Shown here piece after piece: positions 1-9,405 of a stretch of 54,169 bases of DNA. Source of the stretch: Bacteroidales bacterium (GTDB lineage Bacteria > Bacteroidota > Bacteroidia > Bacteroidales > ML635J-15); assembly GCA_028686735.1 (NCBI GenBank), contig JAQUBO010000002.1, positions 1-54,169 of the forward strand. The letters are read 5' to 3'. Position 1 is the first letter of the stretch, and each line of letters begins with the position of its first letter. The translations under genes and the position numbers were made by a program. The notes beneath the pieces are model-generated. The model made no database searches, was not told where the DNA came from, and saw only the letters and a list, made by a program, of their open reading frames with translations.

Positions 1-132
1 TAATCTAGATTCTCTGAATTGATTAATTTGTGCTGAAGAAATTGCAAAAAAACCTTCTTTTGAAATTTTATTCAATAAATCGTATTTCTTGAATAATTGT
101 TCCCAAGCTAAGTCATTTTTTGATTTATTCAT
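1..132 (-). CDS. Partial ORF (first 44 codons, runs off the left window edge); candidate restriction-endonuclease partner of the adjacent Dam-family methyltransferase
   Basis: Hand translation of the minus strand from ATG 132..130 gives MNKSKNDLAWEQLFKKYDLLNKISKEGFFAISSAQINQFRESRL and stays open to position 1. The ATG overlaps the 3' end of the methyltransferase ORF (125..132), suggesting translational coupling. Function is inferred from position only; no catalytic motif is visible in the fragment. Confidence 0.35.
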   Translation of the reverse strand, partial: MNKSKNDLAWEQLFKKYDLLNKISKEGFFAISSAQINQFRESRL

Positions 133-967
133 AGTTTCTTATTAAAAGCTCATCAACTTCTCCACGAGCTGCTCCGTTTGAATTAATCATGCGATTTGCT
201 TGTACAACACTAATATGATAATCTTTGTATTGATCCTTAATAAAAGTTGCTGATGAATTTGACAATAAAAATTTAATACCTTTTGAGTTTAATAAATCAC
301 AAGTTTCTCTAAGTCTCACTTGATCCCACATATCCCATCCTCCTTGAACATATCCAGTGAAATTTGAGTTTTCCGAAATTGGGTGGTAGGGAGGATCTAA
401 ATAAATAAACGATTTCTCGTCAGCCTGTTTTAATAGCTCTGAATAATCACCACTATGCATAACAATATTATTTAAATTTAAATATTTGTTAACTGCTTTT
501 AAAGTAGGTTCATTTACTATATTTGGATTTTTATACCTTCCAAATGGAGCATTAAACTCTCCAGCATTATTAACTCGATATAATCCATTAAAACAAGTTT
601 TATTTAAATAAATTATCCTTGAAGCCCGTTGTATTGATGTGAGCTTTTTAAATTTTTCTGTTCTGTCTATACTGCGAATTTGGTAAAAATATTCAGCCTC
701 GTTTTTATGTCTCTTTAAATCAATGATTAATTCGTCAAGATTATTTTTTATTACCTGATAGACATTTATTAATTCTTCGTTAGAGTCATTAATGACTGCG
801 TTTTTTGGTTGTAGGTGGAATAGAATTGCTCCGCCACCAATAAATGGTTCAAAATAATTATACTCTTTAATGTTTTTTGGTAAGACACCAACAATTGAAG
901 GGATAAGTTGTCTTTTACCCCCAACCCATTTTAAAAATGGAGTTGCTAATTTGTTGATTTTAACCAT
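125..967 (-). CDS. Dam-family (D12 class) site-specific DNA N6-adenine methyltransferase
   Basis: 280 aa. N-terminal FLKWVGGKRQL, AdoMet motif I EPFIGGGAILF and catalytic motif IV DPPY (IYLDPPYHP). The motif order is typical of alpha-class Dam-like enzymes. Confidence 0.9.
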   Translation of the reverse strand: MVKINKLATPFLKWVGGKRQLIPSIVGVLPKNIKEYNYFEPFIGGGAILFHLQPKNAVINDSNEELINVYQVIKNNLDELIIDLKRHKNEAEYFYQIRSIDRTEKFKKLTSIQRASRIIYLNKTCFNGLYRVNNAGEFNAPFGRYKNPNIVNEPTLKAVNKYLNLNNIVMHSGDYSELLKQADEKSFIYLDPPYHPISENSNFTGYVQGGWDMWDQVRLRETCDLLNSKGIKFLLSNSSATFIKDQYKDYHISVVQANRMINSNGAARGEVDELLIRNYE

Positions 968-1136
968 TTAACGATCTATATTTGTGCATAAATTCGATTA
1001 TACAAAGTTAATAAAATTTATTATAATTTGGTTGTGTTGATGCTTAATTTTATTTTTGCAGAATGTTGTTGAGCTTGTGCCTAACTATATATATACTTGT
1101 CGGACAATAATAAAAATGAAAATTAAAGAAAGAAAC

Positions 1137-1769
1137 CTAGAAATTTCGTCCAATAAAATATGTGCAAGTTAAATTAAGAACTGAGTTCTTTGAGGACGTA
1201 TATTCTGAATTATTAATATCAACAAAGCCTAAAGCATAATTAACTTTTAACTGCCATTGCATAAATTCAACCCCTCCACCGAAAACAAGACCTGTATCAA
1301 ATCTTTTTATCGTTCCTAATTCGCTTCCAAATTCAACTGGATGATTTTCTTCAAATTCATACTCATCTACTTCTGAGTGAAACTGACTTTTACCAACAAC
1401 AGCAACACTAGAGTATGGCCCAACATTACCAAAGACACTTATATTAGCAAGAGGAATTTTATATCCTATATAAATAGGGATGTCCATATATCCTAATTTT
1501 AATTTTGATTTACTAAAGGAGTTAACAATTTTAGTTCCTTTCTCGAAAAAACTTACAGACGCACCAACATAGACAAAACTCATAATTTCAAACTCTGCGG
1601 CAAGACCTAGTTGGTAACCCATTTTCAAACTATAATCAGGAGTGGAGAAATCATCTTTTTCAATAAAACTAGTCATACTAAAACCAACTTGTGGCCCCAA
1701 ATGAAATCCCTGTGCATTTAACATTGCAGTAACACTGACAAAAAAACATAATATTATTAACTTTTTCAT
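1137..1769 (-). CDS. Outer-membrane beta-barrel protein (porin-family type)
   Basis: 210 aa. Signal peptide MKKLIILCFFVSVTAMLNAQ, alternating hydrophobic strand pattern, Gly/aromatic-rich, C-terminal Phe (IGRNF). Confidence 0.7.
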   Translation of the reverse strand: MKKLIILCFFVSVTAMLNAQGFHLGPQVGFSMTSFIEKDDFSTPDYSLKMGYQLGLAAEFEIMSFVYVGASVSFFEKGTKIVNSFSKSKLKLGYMDIPIYIGYKIPLANISVFGNVGPYSSVAVVGKSQFHSEVDEYEFEENHPVEFGSELGTIKRFDTGLVFGGGVEFMQWQLKVNYALGFVDINNSEYTSSKNSVLNLTCTYFIGRNF

Positions 1770-1888
1770 TGTTTTTATTTAAATTTGACTTTAATATTTA
1801 TTATACAAAACAAATAAAAATCTTTAAAATAAAACAGCACTTTATATTATTTAATTGAATTATTAATCAATTTCTTACATATTCTAAG

Positions 1889-1896
1889 TAAATTTG
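1889..1896 (+). promoter_or_regulatory. Candidate Bacteroidota -7 promoter box (TAaaTTTG) for the C10 protease gene
   Basis: TAAATTTG matches the TAnnTTTG consensus and lies about 20 nt upstream of the ATG at 1917. Confidence 0.35.
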
Positions 1897-1916
1897 TAAA
1901 AAAATAATACACTATT

Positions 1917-4900
1917 ATGAAAAAAATCACACTTCTATCCTTATTTATTTTAGCATTTTTAAGTTATTTATTTGCAGAACATGTACCAGTATCAAAAGCA
2001 AAGCAAGTTGCAGAAAACTTCTACAATTATGCCTCTGATTATAGATCTAAAGGAAAAGTAATAGAAAATTTTGAAGTTTATAATAATGATATCTTAGTAT
2101 ATTATATTTTTAATTTCTCAACAGGTGGTTATGCAATAATTTCGGCTGACGATGAGGTTACACCAGTTTTAAGCTATGCTTTTAAAGGCAAATTTATTAT
2201 AGATGATGCAAAAATGCCAAAAAATTATGAGTATTTTTTAAATTCATATAAAATACAAATCGCACAAGTTATAAATCTTAATCTTAAAGGAGATGATGTC
2301 TTAAAACAAAAGTGGTCAAACTATTACAACAACGTATTTTCGGCTAGTAAAGAAACACAAGATGTGAGTCCGTTATTGGATATTGAGGAGATTAAGTGGG
2401 ATCAAGGTTGTTACTACAATGCTGATTGTCCTACTGATGCTGGTGGAGATTGTGGGCATGTATATACTGGATGTGTTGCAACCGCAATGGCACAAATTAT
2501 GCGTTTTCATAAATGGCCAGAACATGGAACAGGTTCATACTCATACAACGACACTAATTATGGAACACAATCCGCTAATTTTGGTACATCTTCATACAAC
2601 TGGGATGCAATGCCAGGGTCGGTAAACAGTTCAAACTCCGAAGTTGCAAAAATAATGTATCATTGCGGAGTTTCAGTTGATATGATGTATAGCACTACTG
2701 GTTCGGGGGCTTATGTTTATGGATATGTTAAAGAAGCATTAGTAAATTATTTTAATTATGACTCAGATGCGATGTACGCTTATCGTGAAAACTATAGCGA
2801 TACTAACTGGAAAAATGAAATAATTAGTGATCTTAGTAACGGTTGGCCTGTATTTTATTCAGGAACAGATGCTGAAGGAACTAGTGGACACGCATTTGTT
2901 TGTGATGGTTATCAGGCAGGAGCAGAAAGCTTTCACTTTAATTGGGGCTGGAGCGGATACTACAACAGTTATAATGTAATTGACGAATTAATACCTGGTG
3001 GAACTGGTGCAGGTGGCGGAAACGGAGATTTCTCATATAACCACCAAGCGGTATTTTCTGTGCATCCTACGTATGGATTAACGGCAGTTTTTTCGGCTGC
3101 ACCAACTACAATTTATGAAGGCAATTCGGTTTCATTTGTAGATGGCTCTTTTGGGGATCCAATTTCATGGTCGTATAATTTTGGAGATGGTGGTAATGCT
3201 ACTACGCCAAACCCAATACATTATTATAACACAAGTGGGATATATGATGTAAGCCTTACTGTCGGCGACGGATCTTCAACGAACACTGCAACAAAAACAA
3301 ATTATATTAAGGTTGTTCCAACTGAAGCTGGTTTCTCAATGGACTTTGAATCGTGCACCGATTATTCAAATAACTTTTTCCCATGGTCAGCTATTGACGC
3401 CGATCAAACCAATACTTTTGGAAGCTCAGATTGCGATTTCCCAGGTGAGTCAGGATTAATGTCATTTATGGCATTTAACCCAAGTGATGCAGGTTTTACA
3501 TTAGCATCAGCACACGGAGGACAAAGAGTTGGAATGGCAATTTGTCCTGGCGATAATAGTGCAAGCGATGACTGGTTGATATCTGAAAGACTTCAACTTG
3601 GTACAAACTCATCAATAAGTTTATGGGCACTAAGTCCAAAACCAGGATCTTGGGGTAATAATACATATCAGGTACTAGTTTCAACTACCAATAATAATCC
3701 ATCTTCTTTTACATTAGTTTCAGGTGCAAATCCTATCGAAGCTCCCGATACATGGACACAACACACTTACAACCTTTCTTCTTATGATGGGCAAAATGTA
3801 TATATTGCTATTCATCATGTTGCAAGTGGAAAGTTTATGTTATGGATAGATGATATAGAAATAATAACCACAAGTGGAGCAGTCGCTTTAAATGCTGATT
3901 TTTATGCAAATGCAACATCTCTTACACTTGGACAAACAGTAAATTTTACTGATAATTCAATTGGTAATCCTACAAATTGGAATTGGAATTTTGGGGATGG
4001 TGGAACTTCACAAATGCAAAACCCATCTTATACATACAATAGTGAAGGTATCTATACTGTTGAATTAACTATTTCTGATGGAACAAATAGCGATACTGAA
4101 ACAAAAACAGCTTATATTAATGTTTCCGAAGCATCTCTAGGAAACTGGATAGAACAAGCATCAGGCTTTTCGACTGCTTCGAGAGGTATAAATCACATTT
4201 CGATTGTAAACGAAAATATAGTTTGGGCAACGGCATACGATGGGTCGAGTAACGGAGCAAATATTCAAGAGTTTACAAAAACAACAAACGGCGGAGCAAC
4301 TTGGACAGCAGGAAATCTCAATCTTGGAAATACTGGTCTTGGAATATCTATGATTACAGCAATAGATGCTAATACTGCTTGGCTTGCAGCCTATCCAACT
4401 GGAACAGGGCAAACTGGTGGAATTTGGAAAACCACTAATGGTGGCTCAAATTGGACACGTCAAAATACGGCAACTTATAATAATGCCAGTTCTTTTACTA
4501 ATGTTGTTTATTTTTGGGATGAAAATAATGGGTTTTGTCAAGGCGATCCTATAAATGAAGAATTTGAACTTTACACAACTACAAACGGTGGCACAACATG
4601 GACAGCAGTTTCTGCAGCTAATATTCCAAATCCGCAAACAAGTGAATATGGATATGTGCGTAAATACGAGGTTATTGGAAATCATATTTGGTTTGGAACG
4701 AATAAAGGCAGACTATACCACTCATCTAACAAAGGCATTAGTTTTGAGGTCTTTAATACTCCAGTTAGTGATTTTGCAGGAGCATCTGCAAGTGCAAACT
4801 TTTCGTTTAAAGATGCAAATAATGGTTTAATAGTAAATCAGTCAGGAACTGTTTATAAAACTACTAACGGTGGAGCCTCGTGGACTCAATTAACTACTTC

Positions 4901-5414
4901 AGGAACTGTCTTTACAAATGGATTATGCTGGATCGAAGGAACTGATGTCGTATTCTCGACTGGTGCTGCCACAGATGCATCTGGATCATCATACAGTCAG
5001 GACGGTGGATTATCATGGACTACAATTGACGAAGTACAACATCTATATGTCGATTTTATAAACCCTAACACTGGTTGGTCGGGATGGTTCAATACAGATG
5101 CAACAACTAGCGGAATGTGGAAATGGAACGGCACAATCACTGAGATTAATGAGGGAATTGCAAATAGTGTTGAAACTCTAATGCTCTATCCTAATCCAGT
5201 TTCAGATAATCTGACAATTAAAACTATAAATGAATTATATAAAGCAGACTTAAAAATTGTTAATATATCGGGACAGGTCGTTTTTGAAACCAATATTAAT
5301 GCTTCTGAAGGAGAAATTATTAATATAAACACTACAAACTTACAAAAAGGACTCTATGTTTTAATAATTAACACTGATGACAATTGTTTAACAAAGAAGT
5401 TTATTAAAAACTAG
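1917..5414 (+). CDS. Secreted multidomain C10 (streptopain-family) cysteine protease: pro-region, C10 domain, PKD, choice-of-anchor-J/cleaved-adhesin-like domain, PKD, BNR/Asp-box beta-propeller, T9SS type A sorting domain
   Basis: 1165 aa with a signal peptide. The Cys region is TGCVATAMAQIMRFHKWP and the His region is SGHAFVCDGY. Two PKD signatures are present (FGDGGNATTPNPIHYYNTSGIYDVSLTV and FGDGGTSQMQNPSYTYNSEGIYTVELTI). DDWLISERL...YQVLVS resembles adhesin/anchor-J domains. Repeated TTNGG(A/S/T)(T/N/S)WT Asp-boxes occur. The C-terminus LMLYPNPVSDNLTIKT...GLYVLII is T9SS-CTD-like. Confidence 0.85.
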   Translation: MKKITLLSLFILAFLSYLFAEHVPVSKAKQVAENFYNYASDYRSKGKVIENFEVYNNDILVYYIFNFSTGGYAIISADDEVTPVLSYAFKGKFIIDDAKMPKNYEYFLNSYKIQIAQVINLNLKGDDVLKQKWSNYYNNVFSASKETQDVSPLLDIEEIKWDQGCYYNADCPTDAGGDCGHVYTGCVATAMAQIMRFHKWPEHGTGSYSYNDTNYGTQSANFGTSSYNWDAMPGSVNSSNSEVAKIMYHCGVSVDMMYSTTGSGAYVYGYVKEALVNYFNYDSDAMYAYRENYSDTNWKNEIISDLSNGWPVFYSGTDAEGTSGHAFVCDGYQAGAESFHFNWGWSGYYNSYNVIDELIPGGTGAGGGNGDFSYNHQAVFSVHPTYGLTAVFSAAPTTIYEGNSVSFVDGSFGDPISWSYNFGDGGNATTPNPIHYYNTSGIYDVSLTVGDGSSTNTATKTNYIKVVPTEAGFSMDFESCTDYSNNFFPWSAIDADQTNTFGSSDCDFPGESGLMSFMAFNPSDAGFTLASAHGGQRVGMAICPGDNSASDDWLISERLQLGTNSSISLWALSPKPGSWGNNTYQVLVSTTNNNPSSFTLVSGANPIEAPDTWTQHTYNLSSYDGQNVYIAIHHVASGKFMLWIDDIEIITTSGAVALNADFYANATSLTLGQTVNFTDNSIGNPTNWNWNFGDGGTSQMQNPSYTYNSEGIYTVELTISDGTNSDTETKTAYINVSEASLGNWIEQASGFSTASRGINHISIVNENIVWATAYDGSSNGANIQEFTKTTNGGATWTAGNLNLGNTGLGISMITAIDANTAWLAAYPTGTGQTGGIWKTTNGGSNWTRQNTATYNNASSFTNVVYFWDENNGFCQGDPINEEFELYTTTNGGTTWTAVSAANIPNPQTSEYGYVRKYEVIGNHIWFGTNKGRLYHSSNKGISFEVFNTPVSDFAGASASANFSFKDANNGLIVNQSGTVYKTTNGGASWTQLTTSGTVFTNGLCWIEGTDVVFSTGAATDASGSSYSQDGGLSWTTIDEVQHLYVDFINPNTGWSGWFNTDATTSGMWKWNGTITEINEGIANSVETLMLYPNPVSDNLTIKTINELYKADLKIVNISGQVVFETNINASEGEIININTTNLQKGLYVLIINTDDNCLTKKFIKN

Positions 5415-5545
5415 ACATAAAATTTTGTTTGTAAAATATAATCGTTATTGCACATCTTTAAAAGTCTGGTAAGCCTTTTTCTTATCAAATCTATACGTAA
5501 ATTGCATTTTTTTTGACTAATTAAGTATTTGTATTTAAATATATC

Positions 5546-5553
5546 TTAATTTT
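5546..5553 (+). promoter_or_regulatory. Candidate -7 promoter box (TAatTTTG) for the 5600..9405 two-gene unit
   Basis: TAATTTTG matches TAnnTTTG and lies 47 nt upstream of the ATG at 5600, in the 185-nt gap after the C10 gene. Confidence 0.3.
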
Positions 5554-5599
5554 GTGTTAATAAATATAGCAAAAAAATCTTGCATTAATATATATTATT

Positions 5600-6361
5600 A
5601 TGAAAAGAGTATTGATATTACTATTACTAGTTGTTACGATAGATGGTTTCTCCCAGCAAATAATCAGAGGCTATACAGCCAGTTTTTCTTATGGCTTTTT
5701 ATCGAAAGGAGACGATTTTACCATTCATTACAGTGGTAAAGATTACACTGCAACAGCACGAGAAACCAATGGAAGCTGTCTCGGTTTGGGATTTCCGTTT
5801 GATGTCGGATACAAGAGAAGTCGGTTTGTGTTTACTCCAGGTTTAGAGTTTGTAAGCTCAAATTATGAACTCGACCTCGATAAAGGAATGCTAAATACTT
5901 CAACAAATAGCGATAGTCTTAGATTAAGCTCTTTTATGATAACTCCAAAGCTGGAACTAATATATAAATTCCACTTTTATATTAAATCTGTTCATTTTGC
6001 AATAGGTGGCGGAATTGACTTAAGATTACCTTTATCCAATAACATAATACTTACAACTAAAGATAAAGCGGATTTAATTGAATATGACGCAACATCAAAT
6101 AGCACAACAGACTTTTTAACTTTTAAACCAAAAACTGTTTTCTCAAATCTTGCAAACCTTGGCTTTCATGTAAGTCCTAAAATTACTTTCGACATTTACA
6201 TGGCACGATTTCTTACAACAAGTATTTTTTATACTGCCTCGCCATTAACCACATACACTGATAATCCTGTATTGCGAGGATATGGCGGAATTGGGATAAG
6301 TTATTTAGTCCCCATGGGCAAAAAAGATGATTCGAGAGTTTTACAATATTATAAGCAATAA
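5600..6361 (+). CDS. Exported beta-rich hypothetical protein (possible small outer-membrane barrel); partner of the WD40-caspase
   Basis: 253 aa. Signal peptide MKRVLILLLLVVTIDGFSQ/Q. Amphipathic strand-like segments include FVFTPGLEFVSS, FMITPKLELIYKF, FAIGGGIDLRL, LGFHVSPKITFDIYM and GYGGIGISYLV. It ends in a charged tail, GKKDDSRVLQYYKQ. The stop lies 12 nt before the next ATG. Confidence 0.5.
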   Translation: MKRVLILLLLVVTIDGFSQQIIRGYTASFSYGFLSKGDDFTIHYSGKDYTATARETNGSCLGLGFPFDVGYKRSRFVFTPGLEFVSSNYELDLDKGMLNTSTNSDSLRLSSFMITPKLELIYKFHFYIKSVHFAIGGGIDLRLPLSNNIILTTKDKADLIEYDATSNSTTDFLTFKPKTVFSNLANLGFHVSPKITFDIYMARFLTTSIFYTASPLTTYTDNPVLRGYGGIGISYLVPMGKKDDSRVLQYYKQ

Positions 6362-6372
6362 AATACACAGAC

Positions 6373-9300
6373 ATGAAAAAGATCTTTTTAACGATAATAG
6401 TATTGAATATCAGCCTTGCTGCATTATTCTCACAAGAGATAGTGCCTGTTGTACAAGCTGGTCATTCGGGAGCAATTTTATGTGTTGAATGGGACCCAAC
6501 AAGCAGATATATTGCAAGTATAGATATAAATAATGAACTGGTAATTAACGACATTATTAGCGGTAAAATGTTCTATAGAATAAAAATACCTGGGGATAAA
6601 TTGGTTCTAGCTTTGAATTTTGATAGTGAAAACAGCTTACGACTTGCAACTAAATCGAAGACCTACAGATTTGATATGAAGACATTAAAACTTGAAGATG
6701 GTTCTGGTAAAATGCAACGAAAAATGCTAAGTAATGATTTTAAAATAAACGGTTCTGTATTAAGAAAAGGAAGTAAATCGTTGTTTAATCGAGATGCGTA
6801 TTCGAGTTTTACTTTTGCAGCACACTCGATTGATGGAAAACATATTGTTGCTGGTGACGAACGAGGATGTGTCTATTTTTGTAACAAAAATTTAAGTTTA
6901 AAGAAATTTGACCATACACATTTTTTAAACATTAACGACATTGACTTTTCTGCTGATGGTAAATTTGTTGCAATAGCTTCATCTGACAGATCTATTTCTG
7001 TGTGGAGCCTTCCTTATTTTAGGTTTGAAAAGCGTGTTATACCACGAAGTTTTAACGTCTCGGCAATAGTTTCGCACCCAAACGATAGTCTTGTTGCATT
7101 TGGCGATGAATTGGGCTTTGCATACCTTTTGAAATTCGAGGATGATAAAATTAGTTGTCAGGGGGTAAATGCACATAATGGGGTTATTAACGATATATGT
7201 TTTTCCCCAAATTCTAATATTACAGGCACTGCTGGAAGCGACAATATGGCGGCAATAGTGGATTTTGAAAATAAATGCGTTTTGCAAAAATTTAGATTAC
7301 AACCAAACACATCAAAGGTAAAGCAGACTTTTAATATTCAGAGTATTCAGGAAAAAGCTACAAACGAAGATAAAAGCGAAATCTGGTTTGACGAAAATGT
7401 TTATTCCGTCGCAATAAGTCCTGATGCTAAAACAATTGCATACTCTGGCGGTAAATGGGGTTTGACAAATCCAGTGTTAAAAGTGTCATCAATAAACAAT
7501 CTAAATATTAACAAACCTAAAGAAGAAAGGAAACCCAAAAAAACAAATCTTGGACTTATGTCAAAGAACAATGTACATATTTTTAAACAATTACTTTTTG
7601 CAAACGAAAAAGAATTTTATGGTTGGGGACAAGATAAAAATAAAGCTGTAAGATTTAGTACAACAATTACAGGATATACAGAAAAAAACCAAACTAGTAC
7701 TAGCAGCATTTTTGCAAAAAAACCTCCAGTTAACCTATTAGTGGTTGAAAATATTTATGACAAAACAACAAAATCTGATTATATTATTAAGTCAAATCCA
7801 GCAAATGGCGACATATATACTTGTAAGGGTTACGAAATAGAGAGAAAAACCAAAGACGGCAAAACTATAAAGTTTATAGGACACAGAGGATATATTAACG
7901 ACTTTGAATTAATTATAGGGAAAAACTACTTGATAAGTTCTGGTGAAGATGCCTCAATGATACTTTGGAACTTAGAAACAGGTAATAAATTATTAAGTAT
8001 TTATGTCGTTGATATGGGGAAACTAATTTTTATTACTCCTGATAACTACTATATGGCTACTGGTGATGCGCTTACAGGTCTTGGGTTTAATTTTGATGCT
8101 AAGGTTTTTCCTGCCGAGCAATTTGATATTAAATATAATCGACCAGATTACGTGTTAGAGTCGTTTGGTTATTTTAATCAAGATATGATAGACTTATATC
8201 ATAAAGCATATCGTAAACGTCTGTCAAAACTTGGGTTTTCCGAAGAAATGTTAAACGGAAACATAAACCTCCCCGAATTAAAAATCGAAAATCAAGATAA
8301 TATCCCAATTCAAACGACAAATAAAAATATTTCGGTCGAACTATCAATGATAGATGAAAATTATAATCTTGATAGAATTAATGTTTACGTAAACGATGTC
8401 CCATTGTTTGGTACTAAAGGGATGTCGCTAAAAAATGAGAGCTCTAAATCTATAAATAAAAAAATAGATATCCCTCTTTCTAAAGGTACAAACATAATTT
8501 ATATCTCTTGTTTAAACGAAAAAGGGATTGAATCGCTAAAAGAAGAACTTTCGGTAAATTACGAAGCCTCCGACAAATCAAAACCAGATTTATATCTAAT
8601 TTCCCTCGCAGTAACAGATTACGAACAATCACAGTATAATTTACGCTACACTATTAACGATGGTAAAGGTTTTGTGAAACTTTTTACAGATAATGATAAA
8701 AATTTTAATAAAGTTCATATCCATACTTTTTATAATGAAGATTGTACTCGAGAAAATGTGTTAGCTGTAAAAGACAAACTAATGAAATCGGGAGTTGATG
8801 ATTATGTGTATGTTCATATTGCTGGACACGGCTTACTTGATGATGAGCTCGATTTTTATTTTGCCACATCAAATATTGATTTCGTAAACCCGTCAAACAA
8901 TGGCTTAAAATATGACGAAATAGAAGGACTACTTGACGGAATTCCCGCTCGAAATAAATTACTACTAATGGATGCTTGTCACTCAGGCGAAGTTGATAAA
9001 GATGATGATTTTGCAGTAAACACTGTTAGTGATAGTGATGAAACACGCGGTGTTACAATGTTTAGCACTAAGTCCAGCACCACACCCAAAACAGGTTTAC
9101 GCAACTCGTTCGAACTAATGCGATTGTTATTTGCCGACCTTAAAAAAGGAACAGGAACAGTTGTAATTTCTGCAGCATCAGGAGGTGGTTATGCTTTAGA
9201 AAAAGAAGATATTGAAAACGGAATATTTACATATTGTCTAATCGAAGGGGTTTCTAAAAATAAAGCAGATATTAATAAAGATAATAATATTAGTGTCTCA

Positions 9301-9405
9301 GAACTACGGAGCTATATCTTTGAAGGAGTAAAGCGTTTAAGTGCTGGTAAGCAACAACCAACATCTCGAAGTGCTAATTTAATGAATGATTTTAATGTAA
9401 AGTAA
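6373..9405 (+). CDS. Exported WD40-repeat protein with C-terminal caspase-like (peptidase C14) domain
   Basis: 1010 aa. Signal peptide MKKIFLTIIVLNISLAALFSQ/E. Several WD40-like blades are visible (GHSGAILCVEWDP.., SADGKFVAIASSDRSISVWSL, AHNGVINDICFSP.., GHRGYINDFELI..SSGEDASMILWNLETG). The caspase dyad contexts are YVHIAGHG (His819, codon 8827..8829) and LLLMDACHSGE (Cys869, codon 8977..8979). Confidence 0.85.
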   Translation: MKKIFLTIIVLNISLAALFSQEIVPVVQAGHSGAILCVEWDPTSRYIASIDINNELVINDIISGKMFYRIKIPGDKLVLALNFDSENSLRLATKSKTYRFDMKTLKLEDGSGKMQRKMLSNDFKINGSVLRKGSKSLFNRDAYSSFTFAAHSIDGKHIVAGDERGCVYFCNKNLSLKKFDHTHFLNINDIDFSADGKFVAIASSDRSISVWSLPYFRFEKRVIPRSFNVSAIVSHPNDSLVAFGDELGFAYLLKFEDDKISCQGVNAHNGVINDICFSPNSNITGTAGSDNMAAIVDFENKCVLQKFRLQPNTSKVKQTFNIQSIQEKATNEDKSEIWFDENVYSVAISPDAKTIAYSGGKWGLTNPVLKVSSINNLNINKPKEERKPKKTNLGLMSKNNVHIFKQLLFANEKEFYGWGQDKNKAVRFSTTITGYTEKNQTSTSSIFAKKPPVNLLVVENIYDKTTKSDYIIKSNPANGDIYTCKGYEIERKTKDGKTIKFIGHRGYINDFELIIGKNYLISSGEDASMILWNLETGNKLLSIYVVDMGKLIFITPDNYYMATGDALTGLGFNFDAKVFPAEQFDIKYNRPDYVLESFGYFNQDMIDLYHKAYRKRLSKLGFSEEMLNGNINLPELKIENQDNIPIQTTNKNISVELSMIDENYNLDRINVYVNDVPLFGTKGMSLKNESSKSINKKIDIPLSKGTNIIYISCLNEKGIESLKEELSVNYEASDKSKPDLYLISLAVTDYEQSQYNLRYTINDGKGFVKLFTDNDKNFNKVHIHTFYNEDCTRENVLAVKDKLMKSGVDDYVYVHIAGHGLLDDELDFYFATSNIDFVNPSNNGLKYDEIEGLLDGIPARNKLLLMDACHSGEVDKDDDFAVNTVSDSDETRGVTMFSTKSSTTPKTGLRNSFELMRLLFADLKKGTGTVVISAASGGGYALEKEDIENGIFTYCLIEGVSKNKADINKDNNISVSELRSYIFEGVKRLSAGKQQPTSRSANLMNDFNVK

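Noticed and set aside
2383-4830. Several 60-90-aa ORFs on both strands inside the C10 protease gene (2383..2625, 3496..3684, 4161..4412, 4366..4554, 4446..4685, 4555..4830).
   Set aside because: All are nested within a long ORF with clear domain content, and their translations are low-complexity with no motifs.
5600-6361. Possible bacterial gasdermin, given its size of about 250 aa, its position directly upstream of a caspase-like protease and its short charged C-terminal tail.
   Set aside because: The N-terminus is a classical cleavable signal peptide (MKRVLILLLLVVTIDGFSQ/Q). The sequence also has outer-membrane-barrel-like strand periodicity. Known bacterial gasdermins are cytoplasmic and lack signal peptides. 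The operon is kept as an open question in the findings, but it is not called a gasdermin.
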